Shown here piece by piece: positions 42,385 to 55,129 of a stretch of 64,000 nt of DNA. Under the pieces are notes generated by a model. The model saw only the letters and a program-made list of their open reading frames with translations. It was not told the DNA's origin and searched no databases. Every line of letters begins with the position of its first letter. Within the stretch, counting starts at the first letter, position 1. The translations under genes and the position numbers were made by a program. This DNA comes from the human T2T-CHM13v2.0 reference genome, Homo sapiens. The DNA lies in assembly GCF_009914755.1 (NCBI RefSeq), contig NC_060945.1; one strand, given 5' to 3'.

Positions 42385-45300
42385 ACCCTGTAAAGGTTCA
42401 ATGCCAAATGTGTCTACACATTGGAGAAAAGTAATGTTTGCCAAATGCTTACTAGAATTGAGATAAGGAATAATTTGGAAATAAAATAGTGTAAATGGGA
42501 TTCTTAGTCCATGATGTACTATGTTATAAATATTCTTTTGCTGGAAACTATATCCTGGTTCTGGATCCCTGAACAAGATATAGGCAAAGACTGGATGCAG
42601 AATACTGTTTGGGGGAAGATCACTTACCTGCAAATCATCCTGGCTCTCTTTGAGTCCTTCAGTGGGAACTTGAAGAGATCACTGATTTCAGTTTGGGTCT
42701 CATTTGTAAAATAAAAAGTGTTGATAAAGAGGACATTAAGTTTCTTTTAAATCCAAAATTTCATAGTTTTATCTAATAGGATATGAGCATCTTAGGAGAT
42801 TCTTCCTATCCTCACATATATCCACATAGACTATATTCATTTAAAATGCCCCCAAACTCCAGGGAGCACAAAATTAGATATTACTGAAGAAGATTTATAT
42901 TAGAGTTCTAAAATGTGATTTGACTGGCTGTCTGTAGCCTTTTCTTAATATCAGAATAACCAAAATGTAACAAAACAAAAATGAAGTAACACCATGTGTT
43001 TGTATTTAAATCTGCTCAAGACAATTTTATTTTATACCAACCTGCAATTAGAATCCAACCCCAGAGATTCTGGGACCTTTTCAGCTAATGATGAGCCGAC
43101 CATGTTTCAATTAATGCAAGGCTTGTGAGGTTATTTACAATCCACGTAAACACATTCCGGTTTTCAAAAATAAATTGGTACTACGGACTAAACAGTATTT
43201 GTCAAACTCGTTGATTGAATGTCCCATTTCCGAGGAGTTAAACAAGAACTTGGATGTAAACAGTTAAACATTTTTGGAAACTTCTTGATTCTTATTGGTA
43301 AACATAACAAGAGACAGAGCTTCTTTGCTTAACATAACAAGAGACAGAGTGCAGATTTAAATTTCACAAGACCTTTGTCTCTTACAGAGCTGTTTGAGGC
43401 TCTCCTGTGGTCCCTGCTGAGAAGAATAATAATCAGTATATAGGACTTTGAAAAGTCCTTTGTCACAAGGATTCAGGTCTCCTAAAACTGCTCATGAGAT
43501 GTCATTGTTACCTATAGTTGATTTTAATTTTAAATATAGCCAAACCAAAGTGTGTGTATAATATATTAAAATATAAAAACATTATAATATAAAATAATGT
43601 TCTATCTGTATATATATCTCCTCTCTTTGCTTTTCTCTCCTCTGAGTCTCTGTTTCTGTCTTTGACTCTCTGACTCTGTCTTCACACTGTACACACACTT
43701 CCCAACATTAGCTACAATGTTTGGGAAAAGGCACAGTGAGAACCACAGTAAGTTTCATTTCTTAAAAGCTGAAGATATTTTCCTGTCAATTCTGCCATAT
43801 AAATCTTTTTTATATCGTTCTTTCCTGTATAGAAAATGAGAGAGTTGCCTTTAGCCAAAATACTGGGATGTTAGAATATTTGGTTACATTGTTATACTAT
43901 ATATACTAACATTTCCACTACGGTTTCAAGTAGTTTAGGCAATTTTCAGTGCTGAATTTAAGCATGTTAGAAATATCAATTAAATACAAAGTTGAGCATT
44001 AAAACTAACAATGTTAAATGTTCGTGTTCTTGAAGGAATAACATTTTTTCCATGTGTAAAATATTTTTATGTTTTATTAATACAAAATAATTGTACATAT
44101 TTATAGGATACATGTAATATTTTGATATATACATACAATGTATAATAATCAAATCAGTAATTAGGATATCTGTTACCTAAAACATTTATTATTTGTGTTG
44201 GTTACAATTTAAAATGACTCTTCCAGCTATTTTGAAATATACAACAAATTATTATTAATTAAAGTCACCCTACTGTGCTATTGAATACTAGAACTTATTC
44301 CTTCTATCTAATGATATGTTTGGACCTAATAAATAACCTCTCTTCACCTTCCACCTTTTTTCCGAGGCTCAAGTAACCATTGTCTAACTCTCTCCCTTTA
44401 TGAGATCAACTGTTTAAGCTCCCATCTGTGAGTGAGAACGTTTGATATTTGTCTGTGTGTAGTTTATTTCATTTAACATAATGACCCCCAGTTCTATCCA
44501 TGTTGCTACAGTTGACAGAATTTCTTTCTTTTCCATGGCTGAGTACTATTCCATTGTGTATATATATCACATTTTCTTTATCCATTCATCATTGATGGAC
44601 ACTGGGATTGATTTCTTGTCTTGGCTTTTGTGAATAATGCAGCAATAAATGCTGGGGTGCAGGTATATCTTTGATATACTGATTTCCTTTTCTTTTGATA
44701 AATACCCAGTAGTGTGATTTCTGTATTATACAGTGGTCTTATTTTTAGCTTTTTGAGAAACTTTCATACCGTTTTCTATAATGGATGTATTAATTTACAT
44801 TCCCACCAACAATGTATAAGAGTTCCCTTTTCTCCATATTCTCACTAGCATCTATTATTTTTTGTCTTTTTGATAGTAGCCATGCCAACTATGGTGAGAT
44901 GGTATTTCATTGTGGCTTTTATTTGTATTCCTCTAATGATTAGTGATTTTGAGCATTTTTTAATATACCTATTGGCCATTTGTATGCATCCTTTTGGGAA
45001 ATGCCTATTCATGTCTTTTGCTCACTTTTAAATGAGATTATTTGATTTTTTTTTTTTTTTTGGTGTGGGGAGGTGTTGAGTTGTTTGCATTTCTTATATA
45101 TTCTGAATATCAATCTCTTGTCCAATAAACAGTTTGTGAATATTTGCTCCCATTTAACAGGTTGTCTCTTTATGCTGTTGTATCCTTTGCTGTACAGAGG
45201 CTTTATAGTTTAATATAGTACCATTTGTTTATTTGAAGTCATAGCCATTTGCTTTTGAAGTCATAGCCATAAAACCTTTGCCTTAATCAATGTCATGATG

Positions 45301-46100
45301 CATTTCCCCTATGTTTTCTTTTAGTAGTTTTATAGTTTCAGATCTTACATTTAAGCATTTAATCCATTTTCAGTTGATGTTTGTATATGGTGAGAGCTAG
45401 GGGCCTAGTTTCATTCCTCTGCATATTGATATCCAGTTTTCCCAGCACCAGTTATTGAAGAGACTGTCCTTTCTTCAGTGTATGTTCTTGGTGCCTTTGT
45501 TGAAAATAAGTTGGCTATGAATATATGGATTTATTTCTGGGTTCTCTATTATTTTCCATTGGCCTATATGTCTGTTTTTTATACCAATACCATGCTGTTT
45601 TGGTTACTATAGCTTTGTAATATATTTCAAAGTCAGGTAGTGTGATGCCTCTAGTTCTTTTTGTTTAGTATTGCTTTGGCTATTTGGCATCTTTTTGTGG
45701 TTCCATACAAATTTTCTATTTCTATGAAGACTATCATTGATATTTTGATAGTGATTACATTGAATCTGTAGATTGCTTTGGGCAGTGGTGGTCATTTTAA
45801 CAATGTTAATTCTTCCAATCCATGAGCATGGGGTGTCTTTCCATTTGTTTGTGCTTTCAATTTCTTTCATCAGTGTTTTGCAGTTTTCACTGTAGAGATA
45901 TTTCACCTCCTTGTTGAAACTTACCCTAGGTAATTTATTTATTTATTTTTGTACCTACTGTAAATGGGATTGCTTTCTTGATGTCTTTTTTTAGATAGTT
46001 TGCTATTGGTGTATAGAAATGCTTCTGATTTTTGAACATTGATTTTGTGTCCTACAACTTTCTTGAATTTGTTTATCAGTTCTCAGAGTTTCTGGTGGAG

Positions 46101-46326
46101 TTTTTTTTTTTTTTTTTTCAGACAGAGTTTCACTTCTGTTGCTTCAGCCTCCCGAGTAGCCGGGATTACAGGCATGCACCACCACTCCCAACTAATTTTG
46201 TATTTTTAGTAGAGACGGGGTTTCTCCATGTTGGTCAGACTGGTCTGAAACTCCCGACCTCAGGTGATCGCTTGCCTCAGCCTCCGAAAGTCCTGGGACC
46301 ACAGGTGTGAGCCACGGCGCCCGGCC
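46101..46326 (-). mobile_element. AluSp-like element with internal deletion
   Basis: tttctccatgttggtcag..cccgacctcaggtgatc. Confidence 0.88.
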
Positions 46327-46587
46327 GAGGGTTTTTATTTGTATATAAAATCATGTCATCTGCAAAGAGGGACAATTTTACTTCCTCTTTTGCAATTTGA
46401 ACACCTTTAATTTCCTTCCATTTCCTCGTCTGGTTAGGACTTCTAGTACCATGTTGAATAAAAGTGGTGAAAGTGGGCATCCTTGTCTTGTTCCAGTTCT
46501 TAGTATTTTCATTTTTTTCCCATTCAGTATGATATTAGCTGCAGGTATTTCATACGTGGCTTTTATTATTTTGAGGTATGTTCTTTC

Positions 46588-47242
46588 TTTTTTTAAAATT
46601 TAAATTTTAAGTTCAGGGATACATGTGCAGGTTTGTTATATGGGTTAACCTTTGTCATGGGGGTTTGTTGTACAGATTATTTCATCACCCAGGCATTAAG
46701 CCTAGTACCCATTTGTTATTTTTCTTGATCTTCTCCCTCCTCTCACCCATCACCCTCTGATAGGCCCCAGTGTCTGTTGTTCTCCTCTGTGTGTCCCTGT
46801 GTTCTCATCAATTAGCTCTCACTTGTAAGTGAGGACATGTAATATTTGTTTTCTGTTCCTGTGCTAGTTTGCTAAGGATAATGGCCTCCAGTGCCATCAT
46901 GTTCCTGCAAAGGACATGATCTCATTCTTTTTTATGGTTACATAATATTCCATGGCAAATATGTACCACATTTTCTTTATCCAGTCTATCATTGATGGGC
47001 ATTTAGGTTCATTCTATGTCTTTGCTATTGAGAATAGTGCCACAATGAACATACGTGTGCATATGTCTTCAGGAAAGAATGATTAATATTCCTTTGGGAA
47101 TATATCCAGTAATGGGATGGATAGGTAGAATAGTATTTCTGTTTTTATGTCTTTGAATAATCTCCACACTGTTTTCAACAATGATTGAACTAGCTTACAC
47201 TCCCACCAACAGTGTATGATCATTCCTCTTTCTCCAGAACCT
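46588..47242 (-). mobile_element. Older L1PA 3' end nested in the L1MA
   Basis: ttttaagttcagggatacatgtgcaggtttgtta..gttgtacagattatttcatcaccc. Confidence 0.88.
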
Positions 47243-50200
47243 TTTTCTAGACTTTCCAATTTGTTAGCATATAGCTTTTCATAATAGTTTCTAGTGATCC
47301 TTTGCTTTTCTGTGGTATCAGTTATAATGTCTCCTTTTTCATTTCTGATTTTATTTTTTTGAGTCTTCTTTCTTTTTTTCTTGGTTAGTTCAGCTATTGC
47401 CTTATTGATTTTGATTATTTTTTCAGAACACTAGCTTTTCATTTTGTTAATCCTTTATATTGTGTTTTAGGTCTCTATTGAGTTCTGCTCTGATCTTTAC
47501 TATTTGTTTTCTTCCTCTAATTTTGGGTTTTGTTTCTTCTTGTTTATCTAGTTCCTTGAGGTGCTTTGTTAAATTGTTTATTTGAAATCTTGGGCTCTGG
47601 CAGTGTTAGTTCTGTGTGAACCAGTCCTCAGGCCTGCAGCAGCATGCTTGGGTACAGGTGGTGACAGCGATGGGCTGGGGTGGGCTGCTACTTAGGCCTT
47701 CTGGTAGTGTGTATGTCTTCAGTAATGGCAGTAGAGGGAGCAGGCCAATCCTCAAGTCCTCCAGCAGCATGTGTGGTCACCAGTGCAATGTCATGCTAGG
47801 AGGACCAATTCCCAGGCACTTGGGTGGGTCATGTGAGAGGGCACTGGTGGCAGTAGAGGCAGGCTTGGTGGGTTAGTCCTTGGGGCTCTGGGAGGCATGC
47901 ATGTGTGCCCACAGGCCTGTGGATGGCCCACACGTGTCCTGATGGTAGTGGACTGAGAGGTCTAATTTCCAGGCCCGTGGAGGTTGTGTGTGTATGCACT
48001 GGCAACGGTAGTCAGGGCAGCTTGATTTCTAGGCTTCTGGATGATGTGCGTCAGTGACAGCAGTGGCAGTGGCAGGTGGGACAGACCTGTCCTCAGGCTT
48101 CCAGATGGTGTGTGTGGGTGCCGATGGCAGAAGGCAGGGTTCAACCCCCCAGGTAATGTGTGTGGTATGTGGGTGCCAGCAGTGGCAGTTAGTAGATTGA
48201 GCCTGTTTGTAGGTCCTGGGACAGCACATGTAGGTATGCGAGGACCCTGCCACTGGAGGGGGATGGGGTTACTGGAGTAGGTGGGTTTGCTGTCAGTGTC
48301 AGTGGACCCAGGCTCTGGGGAGCAAATACTTTGGCTTCCTTTGTTTGTGGGGCAACCTCGCTGGTGCACTGTACTGCCCATTCTCCAGGATGTAGGGCAC
48401 TGCATGGGCCAGAGTGCTAGGGACCTGATCGCACCCCTTGATCCAGACAGCGTCATGATGCTGCAGCCCTCTGGGTAGCCACAGAGGGATGTCACCAAAG
48501 CTCCCAAGATTTGGAAATTCAGGGCCTGTTGGGACGCAGGGCAGGATATGGTCTGGTGGGGACTGGGCTCTCAAAATGGTGCCATGCTGTAGCTGCTTGG
48601 GTCATGGCACAAACTTCCTCTGGAAAAATGTCTTCTCATGGATTCCAGGCAACTGTCTATATTAGTCTCAGGATATGTGAGGGCCATGGGGCTCTCCTGT
48701 GGCTAGGATTACAGGAGTCTGCCATGGGAATGTAGACTGCTGGGGCCTTTTTGCTTACATTTTCCCCAAAATGGGGAGTGCTTTCTCACTCTGAGCTTAT
48801 GCCAGCCAGGCTGGCTATTTCACTTTCATCTCCTTCTGTGCTTCAAGCACTCCCTGTCACTTCCCTGCTGAATTCCAGTGTTCTCTCTCAGGTGCTCTAT
48901 TCAGCATGTGGTTATCTACTTGCTGTTTTGGTCCTTCTTTGTGGTGGAGGCAAGTGCCAGATGTCTCTTATCAGCCATCTTGAAGCTGGTCTCCATATTC
49001 TTAAATGATACTAAACAACAATCCCATCTCTTGTGCAGTTAGGTTCCTGCCTTTGCTGTCACCACCACCTTAATTATCTCTAACTGTACCTACATCTTTA
49101 GGTCACTTCCTTCATATTTAGAGTCTTGCTGAAGAACACTGGATCAGTCAGAACTGGGTTTAATGCCTGTGGCCTAACTGCTGGAGTATTGAGAGAAGGA
49201 ATCAGTTCTTTCAACCTCTGGAGTAAAAAGTGTAGCCCCAAATCTCATTTACTTTTGCAGACCTCCAGGTGAGATGAAAGTATCTCCTACATCTGTATTT
49301 GATCCATTTTGTATTCTGGCTAAACCTACTTTTTCAATATGATCACTCAATTATCTCACCCATGTATCCTGGGCTTCTGTTGAACTGAATGACTTGCTAT
49401 TTCTTGTATATGTTATGTGGCATCTGATTGAGTGACTTTTGACTCATCATTTATTTTTTTTTTTGCAAAGGCTCATTTTACCTATGGTCACATGCTTCCC
49501 ATCCTTGAGCGTCTAACTCAAATGCAGTCAGTTATATTAAGGTTATCATGTTCCCCAAGACAGAACATTATTCTTTTTGATAAGATCAAATACCTCCTGT
49601 TGGTAAATTGAAGTTTCAATGTAAATTATAGTCTAAAGAATAGGGAAAACATGAGGCTACAGTGAAGGTAGTCAACCAAGAGAGGAAGAAAAACTAAATA
49701 ATAATGTTTCTCCTTCAGAAATCTGCACCTTTCTTAGGTACTTGTGAACATGCTGTATCCTTGCCTCTGGACTTATACAGCTTGAGGGCATGAACTGTGT
49801 CTGATTATCTTGGACTCCTCTGCAGGTCTCAGTAGAGTGGGTTAACAACTGCTCAGTCTAGTGAAGAAGGCAGCCAAATATATGAAGATGGAAAACAGTC
49901 TGCTAAGTGGCATCACATAAGTAAGAAACTCAGTGGGGATGCCAAAAAGGGGAATCAAATGGACTCTCCGGAAAATCATCTCAGAGGGATTTGACCTGGA
50001 AATTAAAGGATAAATGTATTTTTGCCAAGCTGCCAAGGTAGTAGAGGGGCTAAGTGTTTAGATTTTATCTTGAATATGAAAAGGAACTTTTTAATAATAA
50101 ACACTCTTCAACAAAGACTGAAGTACCTCATGAATTTATAGACCTGAAGGTGTTTAATCAGAGGCTGGTTGACTATTTTTGCAGAATTTATGGAAGAAAT

Positions 50201-50898
50201 TCATAAACTCTTTGGATGAAACCTATGAGAAACCTGAAAATTTTAAATTTATATGATTCCTATCATAAAATTCTATGAGGGTAAAGATTAAACATGATTA
50301 GAGAATTTTTATTAGCTAAATACATATTACTTTAAAAATTAAAACCATTTATTTAACTAGTAGAGAAACATACATTTTATTCTGATTTTAAAAAAAACAT
50401 GAAAAATCACTTTTGTCACCAGAACATTGAACAAATAAGACTACCAATGATAATTATAAAGCAACTTTAATTTTATTTCCCACCTTTCTTTTAAGTTCAT
50501 AATATGCGATTAGTTACTCTGCTTCTCCTGGAGAAATTCTCATGTTGCATTTGTCTTCCAAATAATCTCTTGAATAACTGGTATGTCTAGATATGTGGAA
50601 TAATCAAAACTTTAATCTTAATATAAAGTCAAAGCTGCAATCCAAAACCTGTATGGAGGGAGACAGGGCATGGCCAGCTTTCCTTCCTCCTCACTTTGGC
50701 TTCTGCCTTTTCTCTGTCTTCTTGCTGTGTGTGTTTCTGATTCCTCCAGGGACTTGCCAAAGATGGGAGCAAGAAAGGCCATACTAGGCTAGTACTGCTA
50801 CGAGCCAACATCAACATTCCCTGGGCTTGGCAGATATTGGAAAATGACTCTTTTGTTGTATTATATGGAGATGGGTAGTAGATTCTATGTAGACCTTG

Positions 50899-53191
50899 TG
50901 TATTAGTTCATTTTCATGCTGCTGATAAAGACATACCTGAAACTGAGAAGAAAAAAAGGTTTAGTTGAACTTACAGCTCTACATGGCTGGGGATGCCATG
51001 CCTCAGAATCATAGCGGGAGATGAAAGGCACTTCTTACATGGTGGTGGCAAGAGAAAAATGAGGAAAAAGTGAAAACGGAAACCCCTGATATGCCCATCG
51101 GATCTCCTGAGACTTTTTCACTATCATGAGAATAGCACAGGAAAGACCAGCCTTCATGATTCAATTATCTCCCCCACCCCTCCAGCCCCTCCCACAACAC
51201 GTGGGAATTCTGGGAGATACAATTCAAGTTGAGATTTGGATGGGGACACAGCCAAGCCGTATAATTCCACCCCTGGCCCCTCCAAATCTCATGTCCTCAC
51301 ATTTCAAAACTAATTATGCCTTCCCAACAGTCCCCCAAAGTCTTAACTCATTTCAGCATTAACTTAAAAGTCCACAGTCCAAAGTCTCATCTGAGACAAG
51401 GCAAGTCCCTTCCACCTATGAGCCTATCAAATGAAAAGCAAGCTAGTTACTTCCTAGATACAATGGGAGTACAGGTATTGGGTAAATAGAGCTGTTCCAA
51501 ATGGGAGAAATTGGCCAAAGCAAAGTGGTTACAGGGCCATGCAAGTCTGAAATCCAGTGGGACAGTCAAATTTTAAAGCTCCAAAATGATCTCCTTTGAC
51601 TTCAGGTCTCACACCCAGGTCATGCTGATGCAAGAGGTGAGTTCTGATGGTCTTGGGCAGCTCCACCCCTGTGGCTTTTCAGGGTACAGTCTCTCTCCTG
51701 GCTGCTTTCATGGGCTGGCATTTAGTGTCTGTGGCTTTTCCAGGTGTATGGTGCAAGCTGTTGGTGGATCTATCATTTTAGGGTCTGGAGGACTGTGGCC
51801 CTCTTCTCACAGCTCCATTAGGTGGTGCCCCAGTAGGGAACCTGTGTGGGAGCTCTGACCCCACATTTCTCTTCTGGACTGCCCTAGCAGATGTTCTTCA
51901 TGAGGGCTCTGCCCCTGCAGCAAACTTTTGCCTGGGCATCCAGGCATTTCCATACATCTTTTAAAATCTAGCCGGAGGTTCCTAAACCTCAATCCTTTAC
52001 TTCTGTGCACCCACAGGCTCAACACTACATGGAAGCTGCCAAGGCTTGGGGCTTCCACCCTCTGAAGCCACAGCCCAAGCTCTACGTTGGCCCCTTTCAG
52101 CCATGGCTGGAGCCTTGAACACAGAGCACCATGTCTCTAGGCTGCATACAGCTTGGGGACCCCGGGCCCAGCCCACAAAACCACTTTTTCCTCCTAGGCC
52201 TCCAGGCCTGTAATGTGAGGGGCTGCGGTGAAGGTCTCTGACATGGGCTGGAGATGTTTTCCCCATGGTATTGGTGATTAACATTAGGCTCCTTGCTACT
52301 TATGCAAATTTCTGCAGCCGGCTTGAATTTCTCCTCAAAAAATGGGTTTTTCATTCCTACTGCATTGTCAGGCTGCAAATTTTCTGAACCTTTATGCTGT
52401 TTCCCTTTTAAAACAGAATGCTTTTGACAGCACCCAAGTCACCTTTGAATGTTTTGCTGCTTAGAAATTTATTCTGCTAGATAGCCTAAATCATCTCTCT
52501 CAAGTTCAAAGTTCCACAAATCTTCAGGGCAGGGCAAAATGCCACCAGTCTCTTTGCTAAAACATAACAAGAATCACCTTTGCTGCAGTTCCCAGCAAGT
52601 TCCTCATCTCCATCTGAGACCACCTCAGCCTGGACCTTATTGTTCATATCACTTTCCGCATTTTTGTCAAAGCCATTCAGCAAGTCTCTAGGAGGTTCCT
52701 AACTTTTCCACATTTTTCTGTCTGCTTCTCAGCTCTCCAAACTGTTCCAACCTCTGCCTGTTACCCAGTTCCAAAGTCACTTCCACAGTTTTGGGTATCT
52801 TTTCAGCAACACCCCACTTTACTGTTACCAATTTACTGTATTAGTTTGTCTTCACACTGCTAATAAACACATACGTGAAACTGTGGAAAAAAAAAGGTTT
52901 AATTGCATTTTCAGTTCCCCATGGCTGGGGATGCCTCACAATCATGGTGGGAGATGAAAGGCACTTCTTACGTGATGGCAGCAAGAGAAAAATGAGGAAG
53001 AAGCAAAAACAGAAACCCCTGATAAAAGCCATCAGATCTCATGAGACTTATTCACTATCACGAGAATAGCATGGGAAAGACCAGCCCCCATATTCAATTA
53101 CCTCCCACTGGGTCCCTCCCACAACACATGGGAATTCTAGGAGATACAATTCAAGCTGAGATTTGGGTGGGGACACAGCCAAACCACATCA
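50899..53191 (-). mobile_element. Full-length THE1A-type MaLR (LTR about 50899-51262, internal, LTR about 52837-53191)
   Basis: Two direct LTRs (tgtattagt start; ggagatacaattcaag motif) flanking a THE1 internal sequence; TSD ccttg/ccttc. Confidence 0.93.
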
Positions 53192-53636
53192 CCTTCCTTC
53201 AGCCAGAAAATCTCTCATCTGCAGTTTCTTGACATGGTTTGTCAGTCTCCAGCTTGGTCGTGTGTGAAGATGTACACCAACCTCTCTGAGCCTTTTAAAG
53301 TTAATTTTTTTTAAATCATGCTCAAGATGAGGAGAGAAATACTCTTCTTTCTCCATAGTAAAGAAGAAATAAACAGCTGCAGCACTCCAACAATATTTTT
53401 CCAAAGAAATTCTCTCTCAAATATCTAGTTTCAACTTCTTAAACACTTAAAGCGATTGCTAAAATAAGAGTTGCAAAATTGGGCTTTCGCTGTCTGTTTT
53501 TCAAATATTGTTATATTTTGATGGTCTGGCAATTCACTTCAGAACATGACTGTAATCAATATTTCTGACTTAGGGCCTCAGTCATAACTGAGGCTGAGTT
53601 CTAATTTAATAGCTGTTTATGTTAGGACCATCCTAA

Positions 53637-53671
53637 CTTTGTAGTGAAAGGATGATCCTTTCACTACAAAG
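53637..53671. repeat. Perfect 17-bp inverted repeat with 1-nt spacer
   Basis: ctttgtagtgaaaggat-g-atcctttcactacaaag. Confidence 0.97.
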
Positions 53672-54980
53672 GTGAGATTCCCTAGATGCTTGCTAAATGC
53701 AAAGAATAATGTCACAGGCTTGTTCCTTGCCTTGCATAAAATATGTAACTATGATAACACTTTAATGGTGTTATAATTGTAAGATATTTTGGAGTTGGGA
53801 GTGCTCTTCTGCCCATCTTCCTAGTTTCCTGAAGTCCTGTATGAGCTTTGATGACGATAAGTTGCTTAACTGGGCCAGATATCTAATTAGCTATTAATTG
53901 CCACTCCTGTTTGTGTCTCTTGTTCTAGTAAGTCACTTTTCTTCCCCCACCTATACTTTTACCATGACATTGTTTAAATAATGGAAACACATTAGTTCTT
54001 CGTCTCTTGTGAACTTTAAAAACTTCCTTGGGTCATAAGAAAAAAGGCTTACCTGATTTTCCAAAAAGTGTTTCTCCTTGTTCCATGCAGGAAGGGCTTC
54101 TTTAGCATCCCCACACTGGTAATAAATTATTAAAGGGGTCTCATATGGACCTGCTGACAGCACTGTGATAAATACTCATATTAATTATAAAAAATAACAG
54201 TGGTCAAAAATTCAAAGTTCAACATGACTTTCAGAACAGCTTTTTCTTTTTCTTTTTTTTTCCTGAGATAGGTTTCAAATTTCAACACTGAACTTTCCGA
54301 AAAACAGACTGCAACTTGATCCTAAAGATTAGTTTAGCACACTCTACTTTTTACCTTTGTTTTTAAGGAGAAAAAAATGGAAGAAGCTCATCATAATCAT
54401 GATCATCTAGTGTGAGATATACTCAGAGTCCAGGATAGGCCAGGTAGGAAACCAGGGACTATTTCAAACACTGGGCATGGGCCATCCTATGTAACATGGG
54501 ATGTGGGTGTGGAACCACAGGACTTGAGGCCAGAGACCACAGAACAACTGCAGGGTTAAGATAGGGCAGGGTCAAAAAAGAAAGCAAGAAAAAGAGCCAA
54601 ATGACTTCTAGACTATAGCTGAATTGAAAACCAGAAGACATTTTCAGTTAATGAGGGCGGAGTGTATGAGAACAAGGGTCACCCATTTCAGGGAATTTTG
54701 AAAACAAGTTGATAACATGCCAGACTTTGGTCTTATTGGTCTTGCTGCTTCCATGGGGATGTTTCCTGTGAGTGTGTTTAAAGGGCCCACAGGGCTCTAG
54801 ACAAATGGTCCATAAGGATGCCTTTCTTTTTGTTATAAATACAGTGTAATGGCATGCCTCATTTGCCAGTTAAAAGTCATAATGGCTTATTCAGATCCAT
54901 CATGCTAAGGATTACTCAGGGACTGTTGAATAGACACATGTTTCTGCTGCCAGAAAATACATTTAGTCCCCGTTTACACT

Positions 54981-55129
54981 ATATTACATTGTTATATGTT
55001 GCTTCTTCGTGAGTTTTTTTAAAAAGCCTAGGTAAGGAAGAGAGAGAATTCATGCATATTACATTGTTACATGTTGCTTCTTCACAAGTTGTTAAAAAGG
55101 CCTAGGTAAGGAAGAGAGAGAATTCATGC
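54981..55129. repeat. About 75-bp tandem duplication, slightly diverged
   Basis: atattacattgtta...gcctaggtaaggaagagagagaattcatgc, twice. Confidence 0.95.

Larger units (their letters stand above)
44065..48990 (-). mobile_element. Long, internally deleted L1MA-type element including a GC-richer 5' UTR-like region (about 47590-48990)
   Basis: 3' end aattgtacatatttatagga; ORF2 antisense ([16 protein letters not shown]); 5' terminus-like ctcttatcagccatcttg. Confidence 0.8.

Noticed and set aside
47616-49008. GC-richer region with many ORFs (up to 181 aa)
   Set aside because: CpG-depleted, contiguous with the antisense L1 and ending like an L1 5' terminus; no recognisable protein
49248-49274. 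Acceptor, 8 nt, then donor (tgcag|ACCTCCAG|gtgaga)
   Set aside because: Frame-shifting length; such motifs are common by chance in 64 kb
51126-53232. Cluster of overlapping ORFs
   Set aside because: All lie within the THE1 LTRs or internal sequence
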